Positions 24,880 to 34,478 of a stretch of DNA of 38,723 bases are shown here, one piece after another. Position numbers and translations under genes: made by a program. The first letter of the stretch is position 1. Each line of letters opens with the position of its first letter. The notes under the pieces are model-generated. The model saw only the letters and a program-made list of their open reading frames with translations. It was not told the origin of the DNA and did not search any database. The DNA comes from Candidatus Aenigmatarchaeota archaeon. GTDB taxonomy: Archaea > Aenigmatarchaeota > Aenigmatarchaeia > Aenigmatarchaeales > JACQIB01. The stretch lies in contig JBHIDR010000004.1 of the NCBI GenBank assembly GCA_046760225.1, positions 1-38,723 on the forward strand, given 5' to 3'.

Positions 24880-25788
24880 ATGCTTAAGCATGGTCTTCTG
24901 GACAGGACAGAAAGAATACTGCAGGACGAGGGATATGTCACGTGCAGGTACAGGGGCTGCTTTGACATTGCAGCCAAAAAACACAGGCTGCTTTTCCTGA
25001 AGGTACTGCAGAACATTGACTCGTTTTCCGAGGAGCAGGCAAGGAACCTCAGCATACTGGCAAAGAACATGGCTGCAACCATGTTCCTCATAGGAGAGAA
25101 CACCACAAGGGAGAATCTCCAGGAAGGCATAGTTTATGAGAGGTTTGGCATTGCTGCTGTCTGCTTCGAGACATTCCGATTGTTCCTGAAGGAGGGCATA
25201 TTCCCAAGGATATACAGGAAGAGGGGAGGGCTGTTTGTGTCGATTAATAGGGACACTCTAAGGGAAATGAGGAAGAGCAGGGGGCTCACGCAGATGGAGC
25301 TTGCTGAAATGGTTGGCATAAGCAAGAAGGCAATATACGAGCATGAGGCAAGGAACCTGAAGATGCTGCTCTCAATAGCGCAAAGGATTGAGGACGTGCT
25401 TGAGAAAAAAATAATAAAAAATATTGATATTTCAAAGATTGGAGTTGGTGGGCAGGGCAAACCAGGTGACATGCTTGAGAAAAAGGTGGGCGGTGACCTG
25501 GAAAAGCTCGGGTTCAGCATAGACTTTGTGAAGCAGGCACCTGTTGACATTGTTGCGAAAAAGGAGGCGCTGCTCGTGTCAGACGTGGAGGCAGACAAGA
25601 AGAGGCTGAAGAAAAGGACAGAGGAGCTGAAGGGGTTCATAGGGGTGGCCCAGAAGCCTGCTGTTGTGATAACAGAGGACATAAAGGACAGGGACTCTGA
25701 AATACCCATAGTGCAGAGAAAAGAACTCGGTGAGATGAGTAGTAGGCGCCTATTTAAGATAGCCAAGAAAAGCAGAAAGTATAAATAG
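24880..25788 (+). CDS. archaeal Cro/C1-type HTH transcriptional regulator (COG1395-like)
   Basis: CFDIAAKK..LFLKVLQNIDS, GIVYERFGI, RGGLFVSIN, HTH RKSRGLTQMELAEMVGISKKAIYEHE, APVDIVA. Confidence 0.85.
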   Translation: MLKHGLLDRTERILQDEGYVTCRYRGCFDIAAKKHRLLFLKVLQNIDSFSEEQARNLSILAKNMAATMFLIGENTTRENLQEGIVYERFGIAAVCFETFRLFLKEGIFPRIYRKRGGLFVSINRDTLREMRKSRGLTQMELAEMVGISKKAIYEHEARNLKMLLSIAQRIEDVLEKKIIKNIDISKIGVGGQGKPGDMLEKKVGGDLEKLGFSIDFVKQAPVDIVAKKEALLVSDVEADKKRLKKRTEELKGFIGVAQKPAVVITEDIKDRDSEIPIVQRKELGEMSSRRLFKIAKKSRKYK

Positions 25789-25836
25789 ATAGCTGAGAAA
25801 TATTCTATGTTAAAGTAATTCTAGGAGGTGCTGTAA

Positions 25837-26244
25837 ATGAAAAGGGCTGTTGGAGGAAGATTAAAACAGTTTGACATAGAAGCCGGGGGCGAGGTCGGCG
25901 CGCTTGCCAACCTCTGTGAAATGATAGCTTCAAATGCCATAAACATAAAGGCAATTGCAACTGACGGCAACGGCAGGGTAAGGATTGTGACAGAGGACGA
26001 GAACACCACAAGGAGAACCCTGCAAAAATCAAGGGTATTCTTCATCGAGAGTGATGTTATTTCGTTAAGGCTTATTGACAGGCCAGGAGAGCTTGCAAAG
26101 ATAACAAGGCTCCTTGCCAATCACAAAATAAACATAAACAGCGTGTATATTCTGGGCAGGAACCCTGAGAGGAAGGAGACTGAGATTGCCCTGGAAGTAA
26201 GTGACCTGGTTGGTGCGACAAAGGTGCTGGGTCAGATGGCATGA
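25837..26244 (+). CDS. tandem ACT-domain protein (COG4747-like)
   Basis: GALANLCEMIASNAINIKAI; DRPGELAKITRLLANHKININSVY. Confidence 0.85.
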   Translation: MKRAVGGRLKQFDIEAGGEVGALANLCEMIASNAINIKAIATDGNGRVRIVTEDENTTRRTLQKSRVFFIESDVISLRLIDRPGELAKITRLLANHKININSVYILGRNPERKETEIALEVSDLVGATKVLGQMA

Positions 26245-26618
26245 GGCAGTTCGAGGTAAGGATTGAGAACAGGATCGGCGCGCTTGCCCTGGTCTGCGAG
26301 GTGCTTTCAGGAAGGGGGATAAACATAAAGGCAATTGCAACAGAGCTCAGGGAGGACAGGGGAGTTATAAAGTTCATCACGAACGACGAGCTCACAACAA
26401 GGGCTGTGCTCAAGGAAGCGGGATTCGAGTTCTCAGAGTATGAGATAATCCCTGTGAGGCTCAAGGACGAGCCAGGTGAGCTGGCCAGGCTGGCAAGGGG
26501 GCTGTCAAACCTGAACATAGACATAGAGTCTGTGTTCCTCCTGAACAGGGAGAAGGGCGTGACAGAGATAGCCTTCAAGGTCAATGACCTGAAGGGCGCA
26601 AGGAACCTGATTGGGTAA
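26241..26618 (+). CDS. tandem ACT-domain protein, paralog of 25837
   Basis: ENRIGALALVCEVLSGRGINIKAI; DEPGELARLARGLSNLNIDIESVF; ATGA overlap. Confidence 0.85.
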   Translation: MRQFEVRIENRIGALALVCEVLSGRGINIKAIATELREDRGVIKFITNDELTTRAVLKEAGFEFSEYEIIPVRLKDEPGELARLARGLSNLNIDIESVFLLNREKGVTEIAFKVNDLKGARNLIG

Positions 26619-26649
26619 ACGGTTTAAAGTTTAGGTTCTATTAGGATTC

Positions 26650-26910
26650 ATGCCAATCAATGAGGAACAAGCCAGGACACTTCTGAAGGAATACGAGGAT
26701 TCCAAAGGCAATGAGAAGGCCTATTCCGGGCTGCTCAAGGAAGCAAAGACAAGCGGCATAGAAGAGGAAGAGTTCAGGTACATGACATGGTACCTTGACC
26801 ACATGAATGACGGGGGCAAGGCCGGGCTTGAACACGGGATAATGGAGAAAATTTCTCCTGTCAAAAGGAGGCGTCTCAGGAGCATGGTGAACAGGTACAG
26901 AAGGAAATAA
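26650..26910 (+). CDS. hypothetical protein
   Basis: 86-aa ORF after TTTAAA; core-like codons. Confidence 0.6.
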   Translation: MPINEEQARTLLKEYEDSKGNEKAYSGLLKEAKTSGIEEEEFRYMTWYLDHMNDGGKAGLEHGIMEKISPVKRRRLRSMVNRYRRK

Positions 26911-27261
26911 TCAGGCGTCAATCCACCTGAGCTCGTGCAGGTCCCTTAGTTCCTCATAACAGTCAGCTTCCTTTACCCTGTTTGCTTCCAAAAGTTCCAA
27001 GATAGCAGAGTATGCAAGCAGCTCTTCCTTGAAGAAAAACAGCCTGTCATGATAGTTGTAATGCTTCGTGTACTTGGATATTATCTGCTCTGCCTCGAAC
27101 CTTGAAAGGGATTCCAGGCTTATTTCTATATTCGCTCTGGATTTTGGATGATATACCCTTGCCCTTATGTCCTTGCCCTTCCTTGACCTGCCCTGAAAGC
27201 ATGGATTAAACCCTGAAAATATCTCCACTGCTGCCTCATAGCCCTCAAGAAACCTTACCAT
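26911..27261 (-). CDS. hypothetical protein
   Basis: 116-aa ORF abutting the convergent gene. Confidence 0.6.
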   Translation of the reverse strand: MVRFLEGYEAAVEIFSGFNPCFQGRSRKGKDIRARVYHPKSRANIEISLESLSRFEAEQIISKYTKHYNYHDRLFFFKEELLAYSAILELLEANRVKEADCYEELRDLHELRWIDA

Positions 27262-27351
27262 ACTTATAATTTATCCTGAATGCTTAAATTCTGGGGGCAT
27301 AGTTTTAAATATACTTGCATGCACATATTTCTGTACAAGGGGGATGATAAT

Positions 27352-29013
27352 ATGGCTAATGGTACGCAAACAGGGCAGCAGCCCATAATTGTTCTGCCAG
27401 AAGGCGCTATGAGGACACTGGGAAAGAACGCCCAGCTGACCAACATAGCAGCTGCAAAGGCGGTTGCTGATGCAGTAAGGACAACTCTGGGCCCGAAGGG
27501 AATGGACAAGATGCTCGTGGACTCTATGGGTGATATTGTTATAACAAACGATGGCGTGACAATTCTTGAGGAAATGCACATAGAGCATCCTGCAGCAAAG
27601 ATGATTGTTGAGGTTGCGAAGACACAGAACGAGGAGGTTGGTGACGGCACAACAACCGCAACAATACTTGCAGGTGATCTCCTGAAGAAGGCAGAGGGCC
27701 TGATAGAGCAGAACATACATTCCAGTGTGATAACAAGGGGGTTCAAGGAAGCAAAGGAAAAAGCACTTGAAATACTCAGGGATATTTCCATGAACGTGGG
27801 TGTTGGTGACACAGAAACACTGAAAAAGATTGCAATAACAGCAATGACAGGCAAGTCAGCTGAAAAGGCAAGCGAACACCTTGCAAACATAGCTGTTGAG
27901 GCAATAAGGCTCATACACTCTGAGGACGGAATAGATATTGGCAATGTCAAGGTCGAGAAGAAGCAGGGAGGCAGCGTTGAGGACACTGAGCTCATAAAGG
28001 GCGTGATAATAGACAAGGAGGTTGTTCATTCAGGCATGCCGAACAGGATGAAGGAAGCAAGGATAGCCCTTGTGGATGCCTCGCTTGAGATAGAGAAGAC
28101 TGAAATAGATGCCCAGATACAGATAACAAGCCCTGAGCAGATGGAGAAGTTCCTTGGCCAGCAGGAAAAGATGCTGAAGGACATGGTGGACAAGATAGCC
28201 AATTCAGGGTGCAATGTGCTGTTCTGCCAGAAAGGTATTGAGGACGTGGCGCAGCACTACCTTTCAAAAAGAGGAATAATGGCAGCGCGAAGGGTGAAGA
28301 AGTCTGATATGGAAAAGCTTGCAAAAGCCACAGGTGCAAGGCTTGTTTCGAACCTGAGTGACATAAGCGAGGCAGACCTTGGAAGGGCAGGCATGGTTGA
28401 GGAAAAGAAAATAGCAGGAGAGGAAATGATATTCGTAAGGGAGTGCGTGAACCCAAAGGCAGTTTCTGTGCTGATAAGGGGCGGAACAGAGCATGTTGTC
28501 GAGGAGATATATAGGGCAATGGAAGATGCACTAGGAGGTGTGGCTGCTTCACTTGAAATAGGAAAAGTGGTTGCAGGAGGAGGAGCACCTGAAGAAGCAG
28601 TTGCAAAAGGGCTCAGGACATTTGCACAGCAGTACTCAGGAAGGGAACAGCTGGCAATACTTGCTTTCTCTGAGGCAATGGAGGTTGTGCCAAGGACGCT
28701 TGCAGAGAATGCTGGCCTAGACCCGATTGACATAATAGTTGCGCTCAGGTCAGCGCATGATGCAGGGAATACAACAGCAGGAGTGGATGTTGCAACAGGA
28801 AAGATAATTGACATGAAGGAAATAGGCGTTATTGAGCCGCTCAAGATAAAGACCCAGGCAATCAAGTCAGCTGCTGAGGCAACAGAGATGGTATTGAGGA
28901 TAGATGATGTGATTGCAGCTGGGAAACTGAACAAGGGGCCTGCAGGTCCTGGCGGAATGCCGCCTGGCATGCCACCTGGAATGGGCGGAATGGCTGGAAT
29001 GGGGGAGTACTAG
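27352..29013 (+). CDS. ths: thermosome subunit (group II chaperonin)
   Basis: [44 protein letters not shown] tail; start ATG 27352. Confidence 0.97.
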   Translation: MANGTQTGQQPIIVLPEGAMRTLGKNAQLTNIAAAKAVADAVRTTLGPKGMDKMLVDSMGDIVITNDGVTILEEMHIEHPAAKMIVEVAKTQNEEVGDGTTTATILAGDLLKKAEGLIEQNIHSSVITRGFKEAKEKALEILRDISMNVGVGDTETLKKIAITAMTGKSAEKASEHLANIAVEAIRLIHSEDGIDIGNVKVEKKQGGSVEDTELIKGVIIDKEVVHSGMPNRMKEARIALVDASLEIEKTEIDAQIQITSPEQMEKFLGQQEKMLKDMVDKIANSGCNVLFCQKGIEDVAQHYLSKRGIMAARRVKKSDMEKLAKATGARLVSNLSDISEADLGRAGMVEEKKIAGEEMIFVRECVNPKAVSVLIRGGTEHVVEEIYRAMEDALGGVAASLEIGKVVAGGGAPEEAVAKGLRTFAQQYSGREQLAILAFSEAMEVVPRTLAENAGLDPIDIIVALRSAHDAGNTTAGVDVATGKIIDMKEIGVIEPLKIKTQAIKSAAEATEMVLRIDDVIAAGKLNKGPAGPGGMPPGMPPGMGGMAGMGEY

Positions 29014-29068
29014 ACTTCCCCTTTTCCAATGCAAAAGGATTTAAGAAGTGCTTGCTCTAATTCTTTTC

Positions 29069-29743
29069 ATGCCAAAGGGAAAGTTCTGCTTTGTTTGCGG
29101 AAAAAGAACAGAGGAACTCATAGACGGTATGTGCAGTGACTGCTTTGCTGAAAAGCAGGAGATTGTTGCATTCCCAAAAAGAATAGAGATAACAAGGTGC
29201 AGCAAGTGCGACATGGTGAAGATAGAAAACAGGTGGATGAGATGGGAGCCAAAGCTGCTCCTGAAAAAGGCAAAGGTAAAAGGAAAGGTAATGGAGTTCA
29301 AGGTAAAGGAGAACAAGAAGTTTGTTATTGAGATAGGTGGTTATCCAAAGGGAAGCGACAAGGTCAAGATGGAGAGGCACGAGGTTGTTGTCCACTTCAA
29401 TGTTATTGTTTGCCCTGTTTGCTCAAGGGAGCTTGGCGGATACTATGAGGCAATAATACAGATAAGATGGAAGACCCCTGAATCAAGAATACGATTTGGT
29501 GAAGTCAACAACTTTGTTGCAGACGAACTTTACAAGATAAAGGAGAGGGACAGGATGGCATTCTTCAGAGTGGAACCAAAGAAGGAAGGCACGGATTTCT
29601 TTGTTGGCAGCAAGAAGGCAACCAAGAAGGTTGTGCAGAAGCTCAAGGAAAAATACAAGGCAGATGTAAAGCAGAGCTACACGCTCGTAACAAGGAAGGA
29701 CGGCAGGGATGTATATAGAAATATTTATTCTGTGAGAATTTGA
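29069..29743 (+). CDS. archaeal NMD3-family protein
   Basis: FCFVCG, MCSDC, CSKC, CPVCSR..GGYYEAIIQIR, final KDGRDVYR..YSVRI. Confidence 0.88.
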   Translation: MPKGKFCFVCGKRTEELIDGMCSDCFAEKQEIVAFPKRIEITRCSKCDMVKIENRWMRWEPKLLLKKAKVKGKVMEFKVKENKKFVIEIGGYPKGSDKVKMERHEVVVHFNVIVCPVCSRELGGYYEAIIQIRWKTPESRIRFGEVNNFVADELYKIKERDRMAFFRVEPKKEGTDFFVGSKKATKKVVQKLKEKYKADVKQSYTLVTRKDGRDVYRNIYSVRI

Positions 29744-29776
29744 AGGGTTTAAATCCTTTTCTGTCCAATAAAAAAT

Positions 29777-30694
29777 ATGACAATAAAACTCATACCAACA
29801 ACATATGCAGAGCACATTGGAAAGATGTTCTTGGACAAGGAGGGCGTAGATGTCATATTTCCTGACAAGAACAAGGACGGAAAAAGATATTTTCCTGATG
29901 GTGAGGTCTATACTAGATTTTCAACTATCAATGAACTATCTGAGGCTGATAGGGTAGTCATGCTCCATTCTGGTGCACCAAGACCGAACGATGGTCTTGT
30001 GGAGCTGCAATGGCTCTCCAAAATCATTAGTAAGTCAAGTGCCTATCCAATAGAGTTGTTCTTCACATATTATCCGTACGGAATGCAGGACAATGTGTTC
30101 AGGAATGGTGAAGTAAATGCAGCCATGGAAATTATAAAGGACCTGACAAATACCTCAAATGTCGATAATATCTATGTTATTGATGCCCACTTTGGAGGAA
30201 GAGACTGGGTGAAGAAGCATCCAATAACCAATATTTCTGCATTTCCTTTGTTGAAAAAGGAATTTGAAGAGTTTTTTTCTGGACCATTTGAATATGTTGC
30301 TCCTGACAAAGGATCAGCACGAAGATGCGGTATTGAATTATACTTAGAAAAAGTCAGAATTGATTCTCATACTGTTGAGATAATGGTTCCTGAGCATGTT
30401 AAACCTAGAATAAAAGGCAAAACTGTGGGGATAGTCGATGATATTTTAGAAACTGGTGGGACAATGGAAACTGCTTATGATAAGTGCAAGGAATGTGGTG
30501 CAAAGGAGATTGCAGCGCTAATTACTCATGGTGTTCTTCTAGAAGGAATAAGGAGAGTATGGAAAAAATACGATTCTAATCTTTACTTAACAAACACCAT
30601 ATATCAGCCGGAAATATATGGGACGCATATTGATGTTGCTGACTTAATTCTAGATACAATAAAGAGCAGCGATTCTTCTAAAGATATTTCTTGA
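29777..30694 (+). CDS. prs: ribose-phosphate pyrophosphokinase (divergent)
   Basis: FPDGEVYTR, YYPYGMQD..F..GE, IDAH, APDKG, VDDILETGGT, THG, TNTI. Confidence 0.8.
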   Translation: MTIKLIPTTYAEHIGKMFLDKEGVDVIFPDKNKDGKRYFPDGEVYTRFSTINELSEADRVVMLHSGAPRPNDGLVELQWLSKIISKSSAYPIELFFTYYPYGMQDNVFRNGEVNAAMEIIKDLTNTSNVDNIYVIDAHFGGRDWVKKHPITNISAFPLLKKEFEEFFSGPFEYVAPDKGSARRCGIELYLEKVRIDSHTVEIMVPEHVKPRIKGKTVGIVDDILETGGTMETAYDKCKECGAKEIAALITHGVLLEGIRRVWKKYDSNLYLTNTIYQPEIYGTHIDVADLILDTIKSSDSSKDIS

Positions 30695-31442
30695 ACCAGT
30701 TGGCTATTTCGTTGAAGCCTTTTTTCTTTGCTTCAGCACTCCAATTATGTTTCTCTCCCTTAAGCCAAATCATTTTCTTTTCACAAACAAGTGCTTGATG
30801 AAACTTTTCTGCTAGTTCTGGTACCACAATACTGTCTTCAGTACCAACCACCATGAGCGTTGGTACCTTTATTTTTTCAGCATCTACTAACTCATTGTAT
30901 TTCATGGCATCCAGGGCATAAGAGTAATTAAGTTTTTTTGGGCCGCTCCAACTCTCATATATTCTATACCCCTTTTCCTTCCAACTATCAAATATTTCTT
31001 TTCTATTTTCCAGGGATTTCTTATAGTCAATAAGCGGTGCTCGAAGTGAAAGTACTTTAATTCTTTTGTCACGAGCAGTTATGTAAATAGATATAATGCC
31101 GCCAAAACTTGCTCCAAATAATCCAATTCTAGATATGTCAACCAATGGTTGTTCAATTATGTATTCAATAGCGCAATTTAAATCATCAATTCCTTGTGTG
31201 ATTGTTACATCTTCAAATTCGCCTTCACTTTCTCCATGCCCATGAAAGTCAAAAGCAAAAACTAAAAAACCGTTAGGAACCAGTAATGGTGCAACTTGAG
31301 TGACATTATGTGCTTCCTTTGAGGTTGATAACCCATGACAAATAATGACTGTAGGGAAGGGACCTTTGCCATCAGGTATGTAGAGATATCCTCCGAGCTT
31401 CTGGCCTTTGTTGTTCCTGAAGCAGACTTTTCTTTTTTCCAT
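30678..31442 (-). CDS. alpha/beta-fold hydrolase
   Basis: CHG, FDFHGHGESEG, nucleophile elbow GASFGG, GTEDSIV, EKH. Confidence 0.9.
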   Translation of the reverse strand: MEKRKVCFRNNKGQKLGGYLYIPDGKGPFPTVIICHGLSTSKEAHNVTQVAPLLVPNGFLVFAFDFHGHGESEGEFEDVTITQGIDDLNCAIEYIIEQPLVDISRIGLFGASFGGIISIYITARDKRIKVLSLRAPLIDYKKSLENRKEIFDSWKEKGYRIYESWSGPKKLNYSYALDAMKYNELVDAEKIKVPTLMVVGTEDSIVVPELAEKFHQALVCEKKMIWLKGEKHNWSAEAKKKGFNEIANWFKKYL

Positions 31443-31490
31443 GGCACTATTTATGGAACACACTTATAAAAAGCTGGCACAAGACTTATT

Positions 31491-32033
31491 ATGCGACTTT
31501 ATTTTGTGGTGAGTGCACAGGGGGGTTCTGGAAGGAAATACGACAGGCTGAACAAGATCGGCATAGAGCAGGCAAAGCGATTGGGCCCCTTTTTCAAGAA
31601 CAAAAGGATTGACATTGTGTATTGCAGTACCAATATGAGGGCCAAGCAAACCTACAAGCACATCAAGCCCTTTCTGAATGATGTTCCGCTCATATTTACA
31701 AAGAAACTCAGGCAGCATGGCGTACCTGCAGAGGTGGGCACAGGCTACAAGTTTCTCGAGGCTGGAGAAAAGGAGACCGAGCCTGAACTGGAGAAAAGGA
31801 CAAGAAACTTCTTTGAATTTCTGAAAAGACATTACAAAAAAGAGCACGTATTGGTACTGAGCCACAAGGAGGTCCTGAAGTCCCTGATACTGAAAGTCAT
31901 GAGTCTGCCGTCACCAGAAAAGAAATATTTTAGGCTGCACAGTGCAAGTGTCTCTGTCTTTGAAATTGAAAAGGGAATGAAAGGAAGGGCTTTCAGGATA
32001 AATGACATAAGCCATTTGTTCAGGAAGTACTGA
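31491..32033 (+). CDS. histidine phosphatase-fold protein lacking the RHG motif
   Basis: LNKIGIEQAKRLG, VYCSTNMRAKQT, VLVLSH, SASVSVFE present; RHG position reads VSAQ. Confidence 0.75.
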   Translation: MRLYFVVSAQGGSGRKYDRLNKIGIEQAKRLGPFFKNKRIDIVYCSTNMRAKQTYKHIKPFLNDVPLIFTKKLRQHGVPAEVGTGYKFLEAGEKETEPELEKRTRNFFEFLKRHYKKEHVLVLSHKEVLKSLILKVMSLPSPEKKYFRLHSASVSVFEIEKGMKGRAFRINDISHLFRKY

Positions 32034-32075
32034 ATTCTACAAAGCTATTTATATCTGCCTAATCAAAGTGATTTC

Positions 32076-32399
32076 ATGGCGTTCAAAAGACCAAGACCCA
32101 CACCAGAAGAGGAAATAGCAAGGACAAGGATACCAAAGGAAGGCGAAGTGCTTGGTATTGTTATTGAGATGCTTGGTGCGAGCAGGATAAGGGTTGAATG
32201 TTCTGATGGCTTCACAAGGATATGCAGGATACCTGGAAGGATGAGGAGAAGGCTGTGGGTAAGGATGGGTGATCTTGTGATGGTAAAGCCCTGGAAAGTA
32301 CAGAGCAATGAAAGAGCAGACATTGAGTGGAAATACACAAGGACACAGGCCCAGTGGCTCAAGAAAAAGGGCTACCTGAAGAATATTGAATATGGGTAA
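32076..32399 (+). CDS. eif1a: translation initiation factor aIF-1A
   Basis: GEVLGIVIEMLGASRIRVECSDGFTRICRIPGRMRRRLWVRMGDLVMVKPW..Q..RADIEWKYT. Confidence 0.96.
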   Translation: MAFKRPRPTPEEEIARTRIPKEGEVLGIVIEMLGASRIRVECSDGFTRICRIPGRMRRRLWVRMGDLVMVKPWKVQSNERADIEWKYTRTQAQWLKKKGYLKNIEYG

Positions 32400-32432
32400 A
32401 ACAATATATTTCTGGGATGTGATATTTTCCCT

Positions 32433-33422
32433 ATGTATTATGTTTTCGGGGAGTCTGTTGACACGTTTCTCGGCCACCACCTGAGGAAGGCGCAGGTGCT
32501 TGACATACCTGATGAGCTTAGAGGCTGGAACATGGAACCATTGCACGATGATGTAAGCCTGCCAATATGGATTGTTGCAGGCAAGTACTGCCCAACATCC
32601 AGGGATGTTTACCTCAGGTATGTGGAAGGTGTGAAACCTCCGCCTACTGCACCGCTTGTCGAGGGAAGGCTCTACCATGAGGCGCTTGCCGAGATAGTGC
32701 CAACTGCAAAGGAATATGTTTACAGGAACGGGATATCATCGAACTTCAACCTCCTTAACCACATGCTTGGTGTTGGAAAGAGGAAAATACTTGAACTGGT
32801 TGACGGCTCAAGAAAGGACATACAGAAAGCAGGAATGAGCGAGGAAAAGATTGCAATGATAAAGTACAACATGCTCAAGCTCTGGAACTTTGAGTCAATG
32901 CAGATAGCTGCAAATGTTGACCTGGTGATGAGCAAGTTCCCGAGCATTAACAGGGACAGCCTTGTTGCAAAGGCAATTCCGCTTGCTGTTGAGCAGAAGC
33001 TGGACGGAAGCAAGATAGGCCTGAGCAGCCAGCTGAGCATAGATGCACTGAGGGTTCCGCAGGCTGTTATATTCGACCTGAAGACAGGAAGGTCGCACAG
33101 CTTTCACTTACTGACCACAACAGGGTATGCACTTGCATATGAGGCAGAGCACACAGAGCCTGTTAATATCGGCTGCATAGTCTATCCGAACTTCCATCCC
33201 CATCTGCCGATTCCTTCTGTAAAGAAAAAGCCTCACCTCATAACAGCTGAGCTCAGGAAGGACTTCATAGGGCTACTGAGGCACAAGACAAGCATAGTGG
33301 CAAGCAGTGAAGACCCTGGCATTGCAGAGCACTGCCCGCCTTCATGCCCTTTCTTCAGTGCATGCCGGCCTAGACAAGCAGGCCAGCCAGCCAGATTGTC
33401 AGAATTCCAATCAAGAAAATAA
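32433..33422 (+). CDS. csa1: Csa1-like (type I-A Cas4 family) PD-(D/E)XK nuclease, standalone
   Basis: DELRGWN, YCPTSRDVYLR, G..YH, SIDAL..FDLKTG, GYALAYE, C-terminal CPPSCPFFSAC (Fe-S ligands). Confidence 0.8.
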   Translation: MYYVFGESVDTFLGHHLRKAQVLDIPDELRGWNMEPLHDDVSLPIWIVAGKYCPTSRDVYLRYVEGVKPPPTAPLVEGRLYHEALAEIVPTAKEYVYRNGISSNFNLLNHMLGVGKRKILELVDGSRKDIQKAGMSEEKIAMIKYNMLKLWNFESMQIAANVDLVMSKFPSINRDSLVAKAIPLAVEQKLDGSKIGLSSQLSIDALRVPQAVIFDLKTGRSHSFHLLTTTGYALAYEAEHTEPVNIGCIVYPNFHPHLPIPSVKKKPHLITAELRKDFIGLLRHKTSIVASSEDPGIAEHCPPSCPFFSACRPRQAGQPARLSEFQSRK

Positions 33423-34104
33423 TAGCATGCAGAATAGATGGCTTTAATTTTCTTTCCTTCCTTGTCTCAGGTATGAGGTCTGTTCCTGCAATATAGATGA
33501 AACCTCCTGCTGCAATTCCTATGAAGAAAGGAAGCGCGCCTTCTATTGCCAGGAGGAAAAAGTATGCAATTGCTGCTCCTGCAAGTGCAACAAGTGCTGA
33601 GAGAACATTATAAAAGATTATGCTCTTCCTCTTCATTCTGCCGTGGAGCAGCACACCAAAGTCACCTATTTCCTGCGGCACCTCATGGAGCAGAACAGCA
33701 AGTGTTGTTGTCACACCCAGGGCAAAGTCTGCAATAAATGCTGCTGCAATTATCACACCATCAATGAAATTGTGCACAGTGTCACCGATTATTATCATAT
33801 AGTTGAATATGGGAACCCTTGCATTACCCATGTGGTGATGGTACCAGGAAAGAAACCTTTCAAGAACAAAGAAAATTATTATTCCGCCCAATATTGAGGC
33901 AAAGGCTGCCTGGGAAACATTTATTTCAACCATCTCAGGAATCAGGCCAAGGAATGCTGCTGAGAAAAGCGCTCCTGCAGCATAGCTCACAAGGAATGGT
34001 GAATATTTCCTTGCCCTCTTTTCCCTGTAAAGAAGGAGCAAGCCGCCTGTAAGTCCAAGCAGGCCTGAAATCAGCACAGCGAGCATGATATATGCAATCA
34101 GCAT
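33370..34104 (-). CDS. ZIP family metal transporter
   Basis: GDTVHNFIDG, HEVPQEIGDFGVL, AAGGFIYIAGTDLIPE, HHH loop. Confidence 0.93.
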   Translation of the reverse strand: MLIAYIMLAVLISGLLGLTGGLLLLYREKRARKYSPFLVSYAAGALFSAAFLGLIPEMVEINVSQAAFASILGGIIIFFVLERFLSWYHHHMGNARVPIFNYMIIIGDTVHNFIDGVIIAAAFIADFALGVTTTLAVLLHEVPQEIGDFGVLLHGRMKRKSIIFYNVLSALVALAGAAIAYFFLLAIEGALPFFIGIAAGGFIYIAGTDLIPETRKERKLKPSILHAIIFLIGILTIWLAGLLV

Positions 34105-34169
34105 AAAAGAAGTAGCTCTTACGCCCAGATAAAGTTTTCTTTATATACTGGTTTCAGCATTAAGATATT

Positions 34170-34379
34170 ATGGTTTTCAGAAGATTCAAAAAGAAAACAA
34201 GAGCAAAGAAAAGGAGCTCAAGAAAGAAAAGGGGCGGCAAGAAGAAGCCTTTCGGTGGAATAGTGATAAAGCCTGATGCAAAGCTTGCTGCAATAGTCGG
34301 GAACAAGGCCCTGTCGCCAGCTCAGATGACAAAGAAAATATGGGCTTACATCAAAAGGCACAAGCTTTTGAAGAGGTAA
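34170..34379 (+). CDS. SWIB/MDM2-domain protein with basic N-terminal tail
   Basis: PDAKLAAIVG...SPAQMTKKIWAYIKRHKL is the N-terminal half of a SWIB domain; K/R-rich first ~27 aa. Confidence 0.75.
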   Translation: MVFRRFKKKTRAKKRSSRKKRGGKKKPFGGIVIKPDAKLAAIVGNKALSPAQMTKKIWAYIKRHKLLKR

Positions 34380-34478
34380 AGTCCTGTTTTCTTTATTCCC
34401 TGAATTTTGCTTATTCTTAGTCAGAAAAAGAGGAAAAAGGAGATGCGCTTAAAGCCCTATATAATATAGGCACTTTGA

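Noticed and set aside
24600..25000. ORFs 24757-24984, 24800-25000 and the extension of 24324 to 24698
   Set aside because: They overlap the tRNA-Ile gene and/or the HTH regulator, with no protein motifs.
27264..28970. Long minus-strand ORFs in the thermosome gene (and similar ones opposite pelota, HerA and the membrane genes)
   Set aside because: Antisense shadows of confident genes.
28950..29005. GGM/PPGM repeats
   Set aside because: Normal chaperonin C-terminal tail.
33370..33422. 53-nt convergent overlap of csa1 and the ZIP gene
   Set aside because: The overlap is a non-conserved-looking tail after the last Cys; such overlaps are common in compact genomes.
34456..34470. Perfect inverted repeat CCTATAT-A-ATATAGG between convergent genes
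   Set aside because: Short, AT-rich, single copy; cannot distinguish a terminator or operator from chance.
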